Source of the DNA: Kofleriaceae bacterium
GTDB taxonomy: Bacteria; Myxococcota_A; Polyangia; Haliangiales; Haliangiaceae
Direction of reading: 5' to 3'
Assembly: GCA_965215005.1 (NCBI GenBank)
Contig: CBDCCZ010000049.1
Coordinates: 185,848-249,847, forward strand
DNA length: 64,000 nucleotides
Below the pieces are notes generated by a model. The model saw nothing but the letters and a program-made list of their open reading frames with translations. It was not told the DNA's origin and did no database searches. Positions 38,222-52,064 of this stretch are shown piece after piece. Position 1 is the first letter of the stretch; each line of letters starts with the position of its first letter. Made by a program: the position numbers and the translations under genes.

Positions 38222-39799
38222 CTAGTGCCGAAAGTGGCGCATGCCGGTGAAGACCATCGCAATGCCGTGCTCGTTGGCAGCAGCAATGACCTCTTCGTCG
38301 CGAATCGAGCCGCCCGGCTGGATGATCGCCGTAGCGCCCGCTTCGGCGAGGACATCGACGCCGTCGCGAAACGGAAAGAACGCATCCGAGGCGACCGCGG
38401 TTCCTTGCAAACTCGATTCTGCCTTGCTGCGGGCGATCTTGGCTGAATCGATGCGGCTCATCTGGCCAGCACCGATTCCCACCGTGCGGGACCCTTTGCA
38501 ATACACGATCGCGTTGGACTTGACGTGTTTAGCCACCCGCCACGCGAAATCGAGCCCGGCGAGCTCTTCCGCGGTTGGCGCGCGCTCGGTGACGACCTTG
38601 GCGTCCTTGGCCGCGGCCGCATGCAAATCCGCCGACTGCACCAAGATGCCACCGGCGACGGTGCGCATCGCCCAGCCAGCATCGCTGGCAACGGTCTGCC
38701 ACGCGCCAGTTGCCACCAGCCGCAGGTTCTTCTTCGTCTGCAGCAACGCGCGCGCCTCGGCCTCGAAGCTCGGCGCGATCACGCACTCGAGAAACGTCTC
38801 GCTGAGCAGCTCGGCCAGCGCCCGATCGACCGGCCGACTCAGCGCGACAATGCCGCCAAACGCGGAGGTAGGATCGGTTGCGCGGGCGGCGCGATAGGCG
38901 GCGGCGACATCGTCGGCCACGGCAGCGCCGCAGGGATTGGTGTGCTTGACGACCACCGCCGCTGCGCCCTCGAGCTCGAGGCAGCAGCCAAGCGCGGCAT
39001 CGAGGTCGAGGATGTTGTTATAGGAGAGCGTCTTGCCCTGCAGCACCTCCGCAGTCGCCAGGCTTGGCCGCGCTCCGGTGGACAGCAGTGGCGAGCGCGC
39101 ATCGGCGTAAAACGCGGCTTTTTGATGGGGATTTTCGCCGTACCGCAGGTCCATCGACTTGCGCCACTGCACCGTGAGAGTCTCGGGAAAACTCTGCGCG
39201 ACCCCCTCGTCCGAGAGCGAGCTCAGATATGCGGCGATCGCACCATCGTAGGCGGCCGTGTGCGCAAACACTTTGCGTGCAAGCGATGCGCGGGTCGCGG
39301 CCGCCAGCGCACCAGCGCCGCGGTCGAGCTCTTCGAGAACCTGCGCGTAGTCATCGGGATCAACCAGCACGGCCACGCGCTCGTGATTCTTTGCCGCCGA
39401 GCGCAGCATGGCGGGACCGCCGATGTCGATGTTCTCAATCGCGTCGGCAAGCGAGACGTCGGGCTTGGCGACCGTGGCTTCGAAGGGATAGAGGTTCACG
39501 ACCAAGAGGTCGATGGGCGCGATGCCGTGCTGCGCCATCTGTTGCTGGTGCTCGGGCGTATCTCGACCGAGCAACCCGCCATGGATCTTTGGATGCAGCG
39601 TCTTGACGCGGCCGTCGAGGATCTCAGGAGCACCGGTGTGCTCGGAAATCTGCGTGACCGCAATTCCCGCGGCACCGAGCGCTTTGGCGGTGCCGCCGGT
39701 GGAAAGGAGCTCGACGCCATGCGCGAGCAGGCCGCGCGCCAGCTCGACCAGGCCACGCTTATCCGAAACCGACAGAATTGCCCGACGTAACTTCGCCAT
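38222..39799 (-). CDS. purH: Bifunctional AICAR formyltransferase / IMP cyclohydrolase
   Basis: [56 protein letters not shown]. Confidence 0.97.
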   Translation of the reverse strand: MAKLRRAILSVSDKRGLVELARGLLAHGVELLSTGGTAKALGAAGIAVTQISEHTGAPEILDGRVKTLHPKIHGGLLGRDTPEHQQQMAQHGIAPIDLLVVNLYPFEATVAKPDVSLADAIENIDIGGPAMLRSAAKNHERVAVLVDPDDYAQVLEELDRGAGALAAATRASLARKVFAHTAAYDGAIAAYLSSLSDEGVAQSFPETLTVQWRKSMDLRYGENPHQKAAFYADARSPLLSTGARPSLATAEVLQGKTLSYNNILDLDAALGCCLELEGAAAVVVKHTNPCGAAVADDVAAAYRAARATDPTSAFGGIVALSRPVDRALAELLSETFLECVIAPSFEAEARALLQTKKNLRLVATGAWQTVASDAGWAMRTVAGGILVQSADLHAAAAKDAKVVTERAPTAEELAGLDFAWRVAKHVKSNAIVYCKGSRTVGIGAGQMSRIDSAKIARSKAESSLQGTAVASDAFFPFRDGVDVLAEAGATAIIQPGGSIRDEEVIAAANEHGIAMVFTGMRHFRH

Positions 39800-39993
39800 G
39801 GGTGCCTCCGTAGAGGGCCCCCTTCTATCACGTCGACCCCGGGCTGTCAGCCCGCCGGCTCCGCGCCGCTACTACGCCGCCGCGGGAGTGAGACGCACAA
39901 CTCCGCCGCCCGACGCCACACCCAGGCGGCTCGCGCATCTGCTGCAGCGATGGTCGTTGCTCATCGCGCATCGAGTCGCGGCGTGCGATGGCC

Positions 39994-40599
39994 TCAGGAG
40001 CCGCGTTCGAGCTCGCGCAGGTCGATCGCGCCGATCTCTTCGGGCGAAGGCGATGAAGCGCGCAGCCGCGACAACCCGCGAACCTCGACCTGGCGAATGC
40101 GCTCGCGCGTGAGGTTCATGATCTCGCCGACTTCCTCGAGCGTGATGCCGCCGCGATCGGCGACATCGAGGGCGCAGGTCTCGCCCATTTCCCATGGCTC
40201 GAGATCAGGGAAGTTGATTTTGATCGAGCCGGTGTCGGGATTGACGTCCAAGTAGAGGTGGTGCTTGCACGCCACCCACGGGCACGGACGGGCCTCTTCG
40301 CAGCACTCGGCGCGCGTCTGCGGACGCGGCACATCCACCGGCGGATACATCAGCGCGCCGACCCGCAGCTCTTCGCGCGTCAGCCGCTTCATCGCGATGG
40401 TTTTCGAACGCGGTCGGCTCCGCCGCCGCCGCCGCCGCACCTTGCGACTCACGTCGGGCGGCTCGTCCTCGCTCTTGCCGAGCCGCGCAGCGCTAGCAGC
40501 CGGCTCGGCGGCAGCGCTCCATCCGTCGACATTGGCGTCTCGTTGCGCTTCTTGCCGAATGTCGAAGTCGAAGTCCTCGTGACAATCGAGTTGGTCCAT
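39994..40599 (-). CDS. Cys/His-rich protein with a C-terminal sigma-70 region-4-type HTH
   Basis: [21 protein letters not shown]...TCALD then [20 protein letters not shown]; no sigma region 2. Start uncertain. Confidence 0.75.
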   Translation of the reverse strand: MDQLDCHEDFDFDIRQEAQRDANVDGWSAAAEPAASAARLGKSEDEPPDVSRKVRRRRRRSRPRSKTIAMKRLTREELRVGALMYPPVDVPRPQTRAECCEEARPCPWVACKHHLYLDVNPDTGSIKINFPDLEPWEMGETCALDVADRGGITLEEVGEIMNLTRERIRQVEVRGLSRLRASSPSPEEIGAIDLRELERGS

Positions 40600-40654
40600 G
40601 CCGTCGCTCTCTTTCTTTCCGTCGCGTTCTGGTCGCCCGGGTCGGCGGCCCCCC

Positions 40655-41368
40655 TTACAACAAGTCCTCGGCGCTCCCCGCTGCGCCGCTGCTTCGATAC
40701 GGATCTTCATTGGCGCCTGCGACGCGCTCGCTCATGGCATCGAGGCGGCGCAGGAGCTCATCGGCGGTCTTGCGTGCTTCCCTCAGCTCGCGCTCGAGAT
40801 CGCGGCGCGCCTTGCCATCGAAGCGCGGCAGCGCGAGCTCGTCGCCCAGCTGTGAGAAGAGCTCGCCAAAGCCCTCCTCGAGGGTCTCGATGAGGTCCGT
40901 GTAGCGCAGGAACTGCGCTTGGATCTCTTCGATGGTGTAGCCCTCGCCCATGAGGCGCTTGACCTCGTTGATGCGGCGCACCGTCTTGGCCGGATACACG
41001 CCCATCGAACCGCGGTGTTTGCCTTTGCGCCCCACGCGCCGGCTGCGCGGCAACAAGCCCTGCTGCACATACTTGCGGAAGCTGGCCTCCGAGAAGCGCA
41101 CGCCGCGGGCCACGAAGATGTCCACGACTTCCACCGCGGTGATGCCCTCGGCGTAGGTCTCCTCGATGGCCTCGAGCTCAGCGGCGCTGAGAAGCCCTTT
41201 GCCGCGGCCGCCACCCCCGCCGCCTGATTCACCTCCACCGCGGCGGCGGCGATGCGCGGCGAGCACGCGGGCCACGGCGCCCGCGGGACCGACATCGTCC
41301 TGGTCTCCAGGAACGAGGTCATCGACGACGCCTCCACCGCCCGCCAAGCGAGGCGCACTGCCGACCAT
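40655..41368 (-). CDS. MerR-like HTH protein
   Basis: [34 protein letters not shown]...[17 protein letters not shown], followed by a coiled coil. Start uncertain. Confidence 0.7.
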   Translation of the reverse strand: MVGSAPRLAGGGGVVDDLVPGDQDDVGPAGAVARVLAAHRRRRGGGESGGGGGGRGKGLLSAAELEAIEETYAEGITAVEVVDIFVARGVRFSEASFRKYVQQGLLPRSRRVGRKGKHRGSMGVYPAKTVRRINEVKRLMGEGYTIEEIQAQFLRYTDLIETLEEGFGELFSQLGDELALPRFDGKARRDLERELREARKTADELLRRLDAMSERVAGANEDPYRSSGAAGSAEDLL

Positions 41369-41576
41369 ATGGATGTGCTGTCGCGCGAATACCCGTGAGC
41401 TCACCGTCAAGCTGTCCCCCCGACGCCCTTGCGCTGATGCGGTGGGCGGCGAACGCGTGTCGTCGCGGCACGAGAACCAGACACGCGGCGCGATTGCGGC
41501 CGCATCGTCAGGAGCTCGTGACGCGTTTCTTCCCGGCTGTTGCGAACTGAATGGCTTACGCCACCGAAGTATCGCT

Positions 41577-41605
41577 ACTGTATTCTCTCGAATAGACTCG
41601 GTCAA
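41577..41605 (-). promoter_or_regulatory. Candidate sigma70 promoter TTGACC-N17-TACAGT
   Basis: Minus strand ttgacc gagtctattcgagagaa tacagt in an AT-richer intergenic region facing the MerR-like gene. Confidence 0.5.
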
Positions 41606-41801
41606 CAGGACTGCGCCGATAAGAGTCAAGTATTTACCTGCACTTGTGTTCAGCCTCAGCAGCAACGTCGATCGGCGCTGGGACCACCGCTCGCTGCAGC
41701 TGGTTGTCGAGCGCTCGCGCCAGGACGGCCGGCGCTCGCGCTCTATTGCCCAGCCGTCGAGCGGCCACGGCGGGCGTGACGCCGCGTGTTAGCATGGAGC
41801 G

Positions 41802-42407
41802 ATGCGCACGCGGTTACGATGCCGATGGCTGATGGCGGCGGCGCTCGCGTGGGGAGTGCTCACGCTAACGCCCGAGAGGCCTAGGGCAGCAATCGACGGC
41901 GACACGTTCACCTCCCAGGCCTGGCGAGTGCAGCTCACGGCGCCGAAGAACTGGGAGCTCACGGAGCGCGGGTCATACCCAAACGTGCTGCTCAGGATGG
42001 TGCGCCACGATGTTTTGGGGCGAATGCTGCTGACGGCGGAACGGCTGGCGCCGGAGCAGGACACGCCGAGCTACGCCGAGAGCACGCGCACGCTCCTGCA
42101 GTCGCTTGGATTTGCCGTGCGTCCTGCGCAGCTTCACGCCTCCACAGGCGCCTTCTGGTACGACTTCGACAACGGCACGGCGTTTTTGCGGCAAGCGGTG
42201 CTGGTGCAGAACGGAACCGGGTACTCGCTGACCTTAGCGGCGCCGGATGCTCGGATGCGCGGCCAGCACCTGCGCGCGTTCGACTACGCATTGCGGTCCC
42301 TGCGCGTGTCGCGAACGAACGTCGAGGCGCCTGACGCTGGCGCGGCGTCTTCGGTCGGCTCGGACTCGCCGTCGAGCGCCACCGAGGAGCCTGCCGCAAC
42401 GCAGTGA
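41802..42407 (+). CDS. Secreted hypothetical protein
   Basis: Signal-peptide-like N-terminus; plausible globular domain (VQLTAPKNWEL...GYSLTLAAP); fills the gap between neighbours. Confidence 0.6.
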   Translation: MRTRLRCRWLMAAALAWGVLTLTPERPRAAIDGDTFTSQAWRVQLTAPKNWELTERGSYPNVLLRMVRHDVLGRMLLTAERLAPEQDTPSYAESTRTLLQSLGFAVRPAQLHASTGAFWYDFDNGTAFLRQAVLVQNGTGYSLTLAAPDARMRGQHLRAFDYALRSLRVSRTNVEAPDAGAASSVGSDSPSSATEEPAATQ

Positions 42408-42421
42408 CGTTCGCCGGCGAC

Positions 42422-43294
42422 TCACAGCGGCAACGCGGCGAGCGCCAGCAGTGCGGGCATCGGCGACGTCAAGCGGCCCGCCACCATGGCCGGAAGCTGC
42501 GCCGTGAGCAGCGCGAATTGCCGTCGCTCGCGGTTCCAGCGCCAGTCGGTTCGATCGATGCACCCTAGGCTCGCGTCCTGCGCGTCGCAGTAGATGCGTA
42601 CGTGAAAATGATCATCGTGCGGGCGCGCGTCGCCCGGTTGCTGCATCACGTTGCGGGCAGTCTCGATGAGATAGCCGGGCTCACCGCGGGCTCGCGCATA
42701 GTCGAGCATCAGCTGCTCGAGCGGCTCGTAGACGAAGATGAACTGCACCCGCGCCACTGGATTGCCGAGCAGGGTCTTGATGAGAATCCAGTTGCGCTCA
42801 ACATCGAACCACAACCGTCCGCCGCGCACCCGACCCTGCTCGTCGAACGCGCGCATCAGGCGCACGTTGGCCGGGCGCCCGTGCTCGTCTCGCACGAAGA
42901 ACAAGAGGTCGACGTCGCGGCCAGTCTGATGACTGCGATGCCATGGGCTCGGCCCGCCGCGTCGCAGCGACAGATCGCCCACCCCGAGCACCGGCCCTGG
43001 CGACTCCTGCTGCAGTTGCCGACCGGTATACGCGAGCAGACTCACGAGCTCATCGGTGCCCCAGTGGAGGCCGCGAGCCCACCAGCGAGGCGCCATCTCG
43101 AACCCGTCTCCCTGCCGCGGCAGCGGGGTCGGACGCAGCAATTTGCCGCGATTGGAGGGTCCCCACGACACGCTCGAGCCATCGTCGATGACGCCGAGCT
43201 GCGCACAGCCGATTGCCACGACTCCCATCAAGGCGAGCAAGCACGCCGATGAGAGGTGCCGCGCCCGCGGCGCAACCACGCGAAGACGACCCAT
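42422..43294 (-). CDS. MepA-like penicillin-insensitive murein endopeptidase
   Basis: VGDLSLRRGG..HRSHQTGRDVD and HDDHFHVRI LAS-type Zn ligand motifs; lipobox AIGC. Confidence 0.85.
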   Translation of the reverse strand: MGRLRVVAPRARHLSSACLLALMGVVAIGCAQLGVIDDGSSVSWGPSNRGKLLRPTPLPRQGDGFEMAPRWWARGLHWGTDELVSLLAYTGRQLQQESPGPVLGVGDLSLRRGGPSPWHRSHQTGRDVDLLFFVRDEHGRPANVRLMRAFDEQGRVRGGRLWFDVERNWILIKTLLGNPVARVQFIFVYEPLEQLMLDYARARGEPGYLIETARNVMQQPGDARPHDDHFHVRIYCDAQDASLGCIDRTDWRWNRERRQFALLTAQLPAMVAGRLTSPMPALLALAALPL

Positions 43295-43323
43295 CTGCCG
43301 TCAGTTTGCGGCAGACCACAACC

Positions 43324-43595
43324 GCGACCCAACCAAAAACTGGCGAACGAGCCGAGCGCCAGCCGGGGCGCGAACGATGTAGCTCAAGGAGCTGCGATGA
43401 TCTGCCGCCAGTGCGCGGCCAGACGGCACCTGCGACCCAACCAAGACTGGAACGAGCTAAGCGCGAGCCGGGGCGCGAACGATGTAGCACAAGGAGCTAC
43501 GATCCTCGACCCGTCGCTCTGCCGCAAAGCGCGACCCGGGGCGCGCACGATGTAGCACAAGGAGCTACGGTCCTCGACCCCGTCGCTCTGCCGCA
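43324..43595. repeat. Three imperfect intergenic direct repeats with a GTAGC-loop-GCTAC hairpin core
   Basis: ggggcgcg(a/c)acgatgtagc(t/a)caaggagct(g/a)cg at about 43365, 43470 and 43538. Confidence 0.85.
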
Positions 43596-43685
43596 GCACT
43601 GTCGCCGCCGCGATTGCCTCGAGCTGGCGGAGCGCAGCCCTCCACCACGAGCGACCGCCCTCGTCGATATGGCGGGCGCACACGC

Positions 43686-43717
43686 AAAAAAGGCGGAGGC
43701 ACTCGCCCCCGCCCTTT
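43686..43717 (-). terminator. Rho-independent terminator of dnaK
   Basis: Minus strand ggcgggggc-gagt-gcctccgcc followed by tttttt, 30 bp after the dnaK stop. Confidence 0.8.
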
Positions 43718-43746
43718 CACTTCCGTCGTCGCACTACGCGCGAACG

Positions 43747-45663
<1,917 letters not shown>

Positions 45664-45741
45664 ATCTATCCTCTCGCAATGAACCCGTGGTAAGAGCCCG
45701 ATTTACGAGCGTTTTCGGGGTTTGAGACGTGTACGGCCGGC

Positions 45742-45770
45742 AACCTAATCACCGTGCCACTGCGCGTCAA
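45742..45770 (-). promoter_or_regulatory. Candidate dnaK promoter TTGACG-N17-TAGGTT
   Basis: Minus strand ttgacg cgcagtggcacggtgat taggtt in the lon-dnaK spacer, just past a GC hairpin at 45774-45809. Confidence 0.45.
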
Positions 45771-45815
45771 GCAGGCGGTGCGGGAGGTCGGCCCAATCCT
45801 CGCACCGCCGGCAGG

Positions 45816-48251
<2,436 letters not shown>

Positions 48252-48471
48252 ACGGCTGGAACGTATGACTGGCGCGGCCTCAGGTCAAGCTGACGGACCG
48301 GCTAAGGTGCAGCGTTTCTGAGACCTTACGTGGTCATAGCGCAACCCAACACACCGCTTATTCGGCAACTCGCTGCGGCAAGAATAGATGGGTTGCGTTG
48401 CGGGAGACTACACTGCGGCCCAAGCGGCCAAGCCGGCGCGCTTGCGCAGCGGTCCTGCATCGGTCTATATT

Positions 48472-48484
48472 TTGGTCAGACCAA
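48472..48484. promoter_or_regulatory. FadR/GntR-type operator palindrome TTGGTC-A-GACCAA
   Basis: Perfect 6-1-6 dyad 17 bp upstream of the ATG of a FadR-subfamily regulator. Confidence 0.75.
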
Positions 48485-48501
48485 TCAGGCAGTACCCTCT
48501 C

Positions 48502-49257
48502 ATGAACCACCCCGCAGTAACAACATCCCCGACCTCCGAACCTACCGTTGCCAAGGCGGCCAACGAAACCGTCTTTGAGGCCATCCTCTCGGGCATCGTC
48601 CGCGGCACCTACCCATCAGGAACGCGGTTGCCCCCCGAGCGCGAGCTCTCGCGCCTGCTCGGTGCCAGCCGCCCAACCCTGCGCGAAGCCCTGCGCCGAT
48701 TGTCCGAGTGGCAGCTCATCGAAGCCCGCCGAGGCTCCGGGGTAGTGGTGCGCGATCGGATGGAATGGTCGATCGAGGTCCTGCCCGCGTACCTCAAGCA
48801 CGCCAAGCCGGCGGCCAATGAGCCAAGCCTTGCCCGCGTGTTGATCGACCTCCTGAGCCTGCGACGCTCGATGATCATCGAGGTGTCGCGCATCGTCGCG
48901 CAGCGAATTCCGAGCGGCGGCACCGCTGCGGCTCGCGAGGCAGCGGCGCAGGCTTGGCGTGTGCGCCACGACCCTGCCCAGTTTCCCGTGGCGGACTTCG
49001 AGTCCATGCGCTCCCTCGCCTGCGCCGCCAACTTCTACCCGGCGGTGTGGCTACTGAACCGAATCGCGGGGGTGTATTTCGAGATCGCCAGTACCGTCGC
49101 CGTGCCCAACACCGCCCCCGATGACTATCTTGCCGCCTATGGGCAGTTTTTCGACGCCCTCGAGGCCCACGACACCGAACGCGCGATCGACGTGATCAGT
49201 CGCTATCTCGATCGCCACGACCGGCGACTGATGGGGCTGCTGGAGGCGCTTGCATGA
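48502..49257 (+). CDS. GntR/FadR-family transcriptional regulator
   Basis: YPSGTRLPPERELSRLLGASRPTLREALRRL...RRGSG winged HTH. Confidence 0.92.
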   Translation: MNHPAVTTSPTSEPTVAKAANETVFEAILSGIVRGTYPSGTRLPPERELSRLLGASRPTLREALRRLSEWQLIEARRGSGVVVRDRMEWSIEVLPAYLKHAKPAANEPSLARVLIDLLSLRRSMIIEVSRIVAQRIPSGGTAAAREAAAQAWRVRHDPAQFPVADFESMRSLACAANFYPAVWLLNRIAGVYFEIASTVAVPNTAPDDYLAAYGQFFDALEAHDTERAIDVISRYLDRHDRRLMGLLEALA

Positions 49258-49787
49258 CCCCGACGTTGAGCAGCTATCGCCATCTCGCCAGCACGCGGCG
49301 CACCTTGACAGCGCTGGCCGCCGTTGCGTGCCCGCCCCAGGCCCGGGAGCTGGGGCTCCTCGACGCGATCGTCGACCATGTCGAGTTGTCGATGCGTTCG
49401 CTTCCCGCTGAGCTGCGCCTCGGGTTGCTAGCGGGACTGACGGCGCTGGAGCTGGCGGCGCTGCCGCGGTTCGGCGCGCGATTCTCGAAGCTCGCCCCTT
49501 GCGACGCCGTCTCGCACTACGAGCGCTGGCGTCATGGCAACGGCGTTCAGCGCCAATTCATAAAAGGCGTGAGCGGCCTGTTGCACTTGGCGCACTTCGA
49601 GCACCCAGCCATCGCTGATCGCCTTGGCTATACGCCAGAGCGCTGGGTCGCGAAGGTCAAGCAGCGACGGCTCACAGTCCATCGCGAGGCAATCGAGGAT
49701 CACCAGCGCGCGCTGCTGGTCCCCGAGCCGCTCATTGCCGAGCTCGAGGCCTTCGCTCGCGACAGCGCAACTCGCGAGGCCGGCTGA
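49254..49787 (+). CDS. Hypothetical protein, possible accessory subunit of the downstream GMC enzyme
   Basis: Translationally coupled on both sides; RFSKL...RLGY pattern reminiscent of gluconate-2-dehydrogenase gamma-like partners. Confidence 0.55.
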   Translation: MTPTLSSYRHLASTRRTLTALAAVACPPQARELGLLDAIVDHVELSMRSLPAELRLGLLAGLTALELAALPRFGARFSKLAPCDAVSHYERWRHGNGVQRQFIKGVSGLLHLAHFEHPAIADRLGYTPERWVAKVKQRRLTVHREAIEDHQRALLVPEPLIAELEAFARDSATREAG

Positions 49788-51331
49788 TGCGCAACGGCGC
49801 GCCGCGACCTGCAGGCGTGTTCACTCGCGACGATGTTCGCACAGACGTCGAGGTTGGCTGCGAGGTGGTCGTCGTTGGCTCCGGCGCTGGCGGCGCCACC
49901 ATGGCCGCGGAGCTCGCCGAAGCCGGTCTCGACGTAATTATCCTGGAGGAGGGGCGGTTCTTTCGCACCGAAGACTTCACCACCGAAGCCTCGGCGATGA
50001 TCCGCGCGATGTATCGCGACGGCGGCGCGACCATGGCGATCGGCCGACCAGCCATCCTTTATCAAGAAGGCCGCACCGTCGGTGGCTCAACGGTCATCAA
50101 TGGCGGCATGAGCTGGCGCACGCCGGAGAAGATCCTCGACCGTTGGTGGCGCGAGCACGGCCTCGAGGCCATCCGTCCCCGCGACATGGAGCCGTTCTTC
50201 GCGCGCGTGGAGCGGCGCATCCACGTGCGCCCGCAAGACCCCGACAGCATCGGTCGCGACAATGAGCTATTGGCTCGCGGGGCGCGGGCCAAAGGCTGGC
50301 GGCTGGTCTCCAACCTGCGCAACCAAGTGCACTGCGCCGGCTCGAATAACTGCGCTTTCGGCTGCCCGACCGGCGCCAAACAATCCTCCCTCGTCTCCTA
50401 CATCCCGCGCGCCCTTCACTTTGGTGCGCGGCTGTATTCGGACGTTCGCGTCGAGCGCATCATGCGCCGCGGCAAGCGCGCCGTGGGCGTGGTTGGCCGC
50501 GTCGTCGCCGCCAACGGCCGACCCGGCGCTCGAATCACCGTACGCGCCGACCTCGTCGTCAGCGCGTGCGGCGCCATTCACACCCCGGCGCTGTTGCATC
50601 GGTCGGGATTTCGCTCGCCCTCGGGCATGCTCGGCAAGAACCTCAGCATGCACCCCAACGGCAAGCTCTTGGCGATCTTCGACGAAGATGTGCGCGGCTG
50701 GGAGGGCGTTCATCAAGCCTATCAAGTGCGCGAGTTTCAAGACGAGGGGTTCTTGTTTGCGGCCGTCAACGTACCGCCCGGTATTTTGACCATGGGCATG
50801 CACGCCTACGGCGCCGAGCTCGGCGAGCTGATGGCCGATTACCGCAAGATGGTCGTCGCCGGCATGCTCGTCGAAGACAGCACCGTTGGCCGCGTTTGGG
50901 TCGATCCGCTCGGCAAGCCGAGGCCGATTTACCAGCTCTCTGACTACGATGCCGACCGCCTCACGCGCGGCATCGCCCTGCTCTGCGAGCTACTACTCGA
51001 AGCCGGCGCAAAGCGCATCTTGTTGCCGCTGGCGGGCGTGGGTGAGCTGCGCAGCGGTGATGACGTGCGGCGAATCTTTGCCAATCCGATTCCCAAGCAG
51101 GCAATGGAGGTGCTCACGGTGCATCTCATGGGCACCGCGCGGATGGGCGGCGATCGCGCTCGGGCGGTGTGCGATGGCTTTGGCCGCGTCTACGACGCCG
51201 AAGGCCTAATGATCGCCGACGCAAGCTTGTTTCCGTCGCCAATTGGCGTCAATCCCATGGAAACCATTCAAGCGCTCGCCACCCGCGGCGCCGCGCATAT
51301 CATCGAGAGCGGCAAGAGGAGCTGGTCATGA
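49787..51331 (+). CDS. GMC-family flavin oxidoreductase (long-chain alcohol oxidase-like)
   Basis: VVVGSGAGG, GRTVGGSTVING, CAFGCPTGAKQS, HLMGTARMG, DASLFPSPIGVNPMETI. Confidence 0.92.
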   Translation: MRNGAPRPAGVFTRDDVRTDVEVGCEVVVVGSGAGGATMAAELAEAGLDVIILEEGRFFRTEDFTTEASAMIRAMYRDGGATMAIGRPAILYQEGRTVGGSTVINGGMSWRTPEKILDRWWREHGLEAIRPRDMEPFFARVERRIHVRPQDPDSIGRDNELLARGARAKGWRLVSNLRNQVHCAGSNNCAFGCPTGAKQSSLVSYIPRALHFGARLYSDVRVERIMRRGKRAVGVVGRVVAANGRPGARITVRADLVVSACGAIHTPALLHRSGFRSPSGMLGKNLSMHPNGKLLAIFDEDVRGWEGVHQAYQVREFQDEGFLFAAVNVPPGILTMGMHAYGAELGELMADYRKMVVAGMLVEDSTVGRVWVDPLGKPRPIYQLSDYDADRLTRGIALLCELLLEAGAKRILLPLAGVGELRSGDDVRRIFANPIPKQAMEVLTVHLMGTARMGGDRARAVCDGFGRVYDAEGLMIADASLFPSPIGVNPMETIQALATRGAAHIIESGKRSWS

Positions 51332-51912
51332 GGCACGAGCACGTCACCACCAATAGCGACACCGAGCAACTTCTCGCGCTGGAAAAGCAATCACCGAGCG
51401 AGCTCGAGACTGTCTTCCTCCGCGGCCGCGCGCCGCGGCTAGAATCGCTCGCCGGATGGGAGTATCGCGGCCTGAACGTGCCGTGGTGGACGCGCGTGGT
51501 GGGCATCAAGAAGTTCGTCAAAGGCTTTTTCTTCCGCTCTGCCGGCGCGCTGTATGGCTACAACTGCCCGGTCGCGCAAAGCCCGCTTGCCGAGCCGTGG
51601 CGCGCGCGGCCAAGCGACGAGCATCCCAAACGCTTTGGCTTCTTTCGCGTCAGCGCGGTCGACGCCGCGGCCTCCGACAACCGCTACCTGCACGCGGTGC
51701 TCCTAGACTACGGTAGCGGCGGCAACCCGCTGTGGGATCCGACGCGGGGGCTGCGAGATTACGTGGTGCAGCTCGACGAGCGGGGCGATTTGCTGCTCGG
51801 GAAGGCATTCTATCGCCTCGGCCCGATTTGCGTGCCCACCAACTTCTTCCTGCTTCAGCGCCACCGGCCGGGTCCGGCACAGGTTCGCCGTCAGAAGGGC
51901 AACGTCGGCTGA
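51328..51912 (+). CDS. Conserved hypothetical protein
   Basis: ATGA overlap with the GMC stop; aromatic-rich globular sequence (LAGWEYRG...LLDYG...LRDYVV...LLGKAF). Confidence 0.7.
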   Translation: MRHEHVTTNSDTEQLLALEKQSPSELETVFLRGRAPRLESLAGWEYRGLNVPWWTRVVGIKKFVKGFFFRSAGALYGYNCPVAQSPLAEPWRARPSDEHPKRFGFFRVSAVDAAASDNRYLHAVLLDYGSGGNPLWDPTRGLRDYVVQLDERGDLLLGKAFYRLGPICVPTNFFLLQRHRPGPAQVRRQKGNVG

Positions 51913-52064
51913 GGGAGGCGTACCTGCACCCACGTCGGCTCGCTTGGCGACGACCGCGACATCACCGCCCGCTCCGCGTGGTCTCGATCGCAGCGTGACC
52001 CAACCGCGGCAATCTCAGCCCGATGCGATTGAATACCTGACGAAGGCGCTCGTACGATCCGGTC

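Noticed and set aside
43324..43595. Intergenic repeats as a mini-CRISPR
   Set aside because: Spacing is irregular (about 105 and 68 bp), the flanks are themselves duplicated rather than unique, and no cas genes are present.
45664..45815. CIRCE or sigma54 promoter upstream of dnaK
   Set aside because: No CIRCE dyad; the minus-strand tggcacggtgattag lacks the -12 GC required for sigma54.
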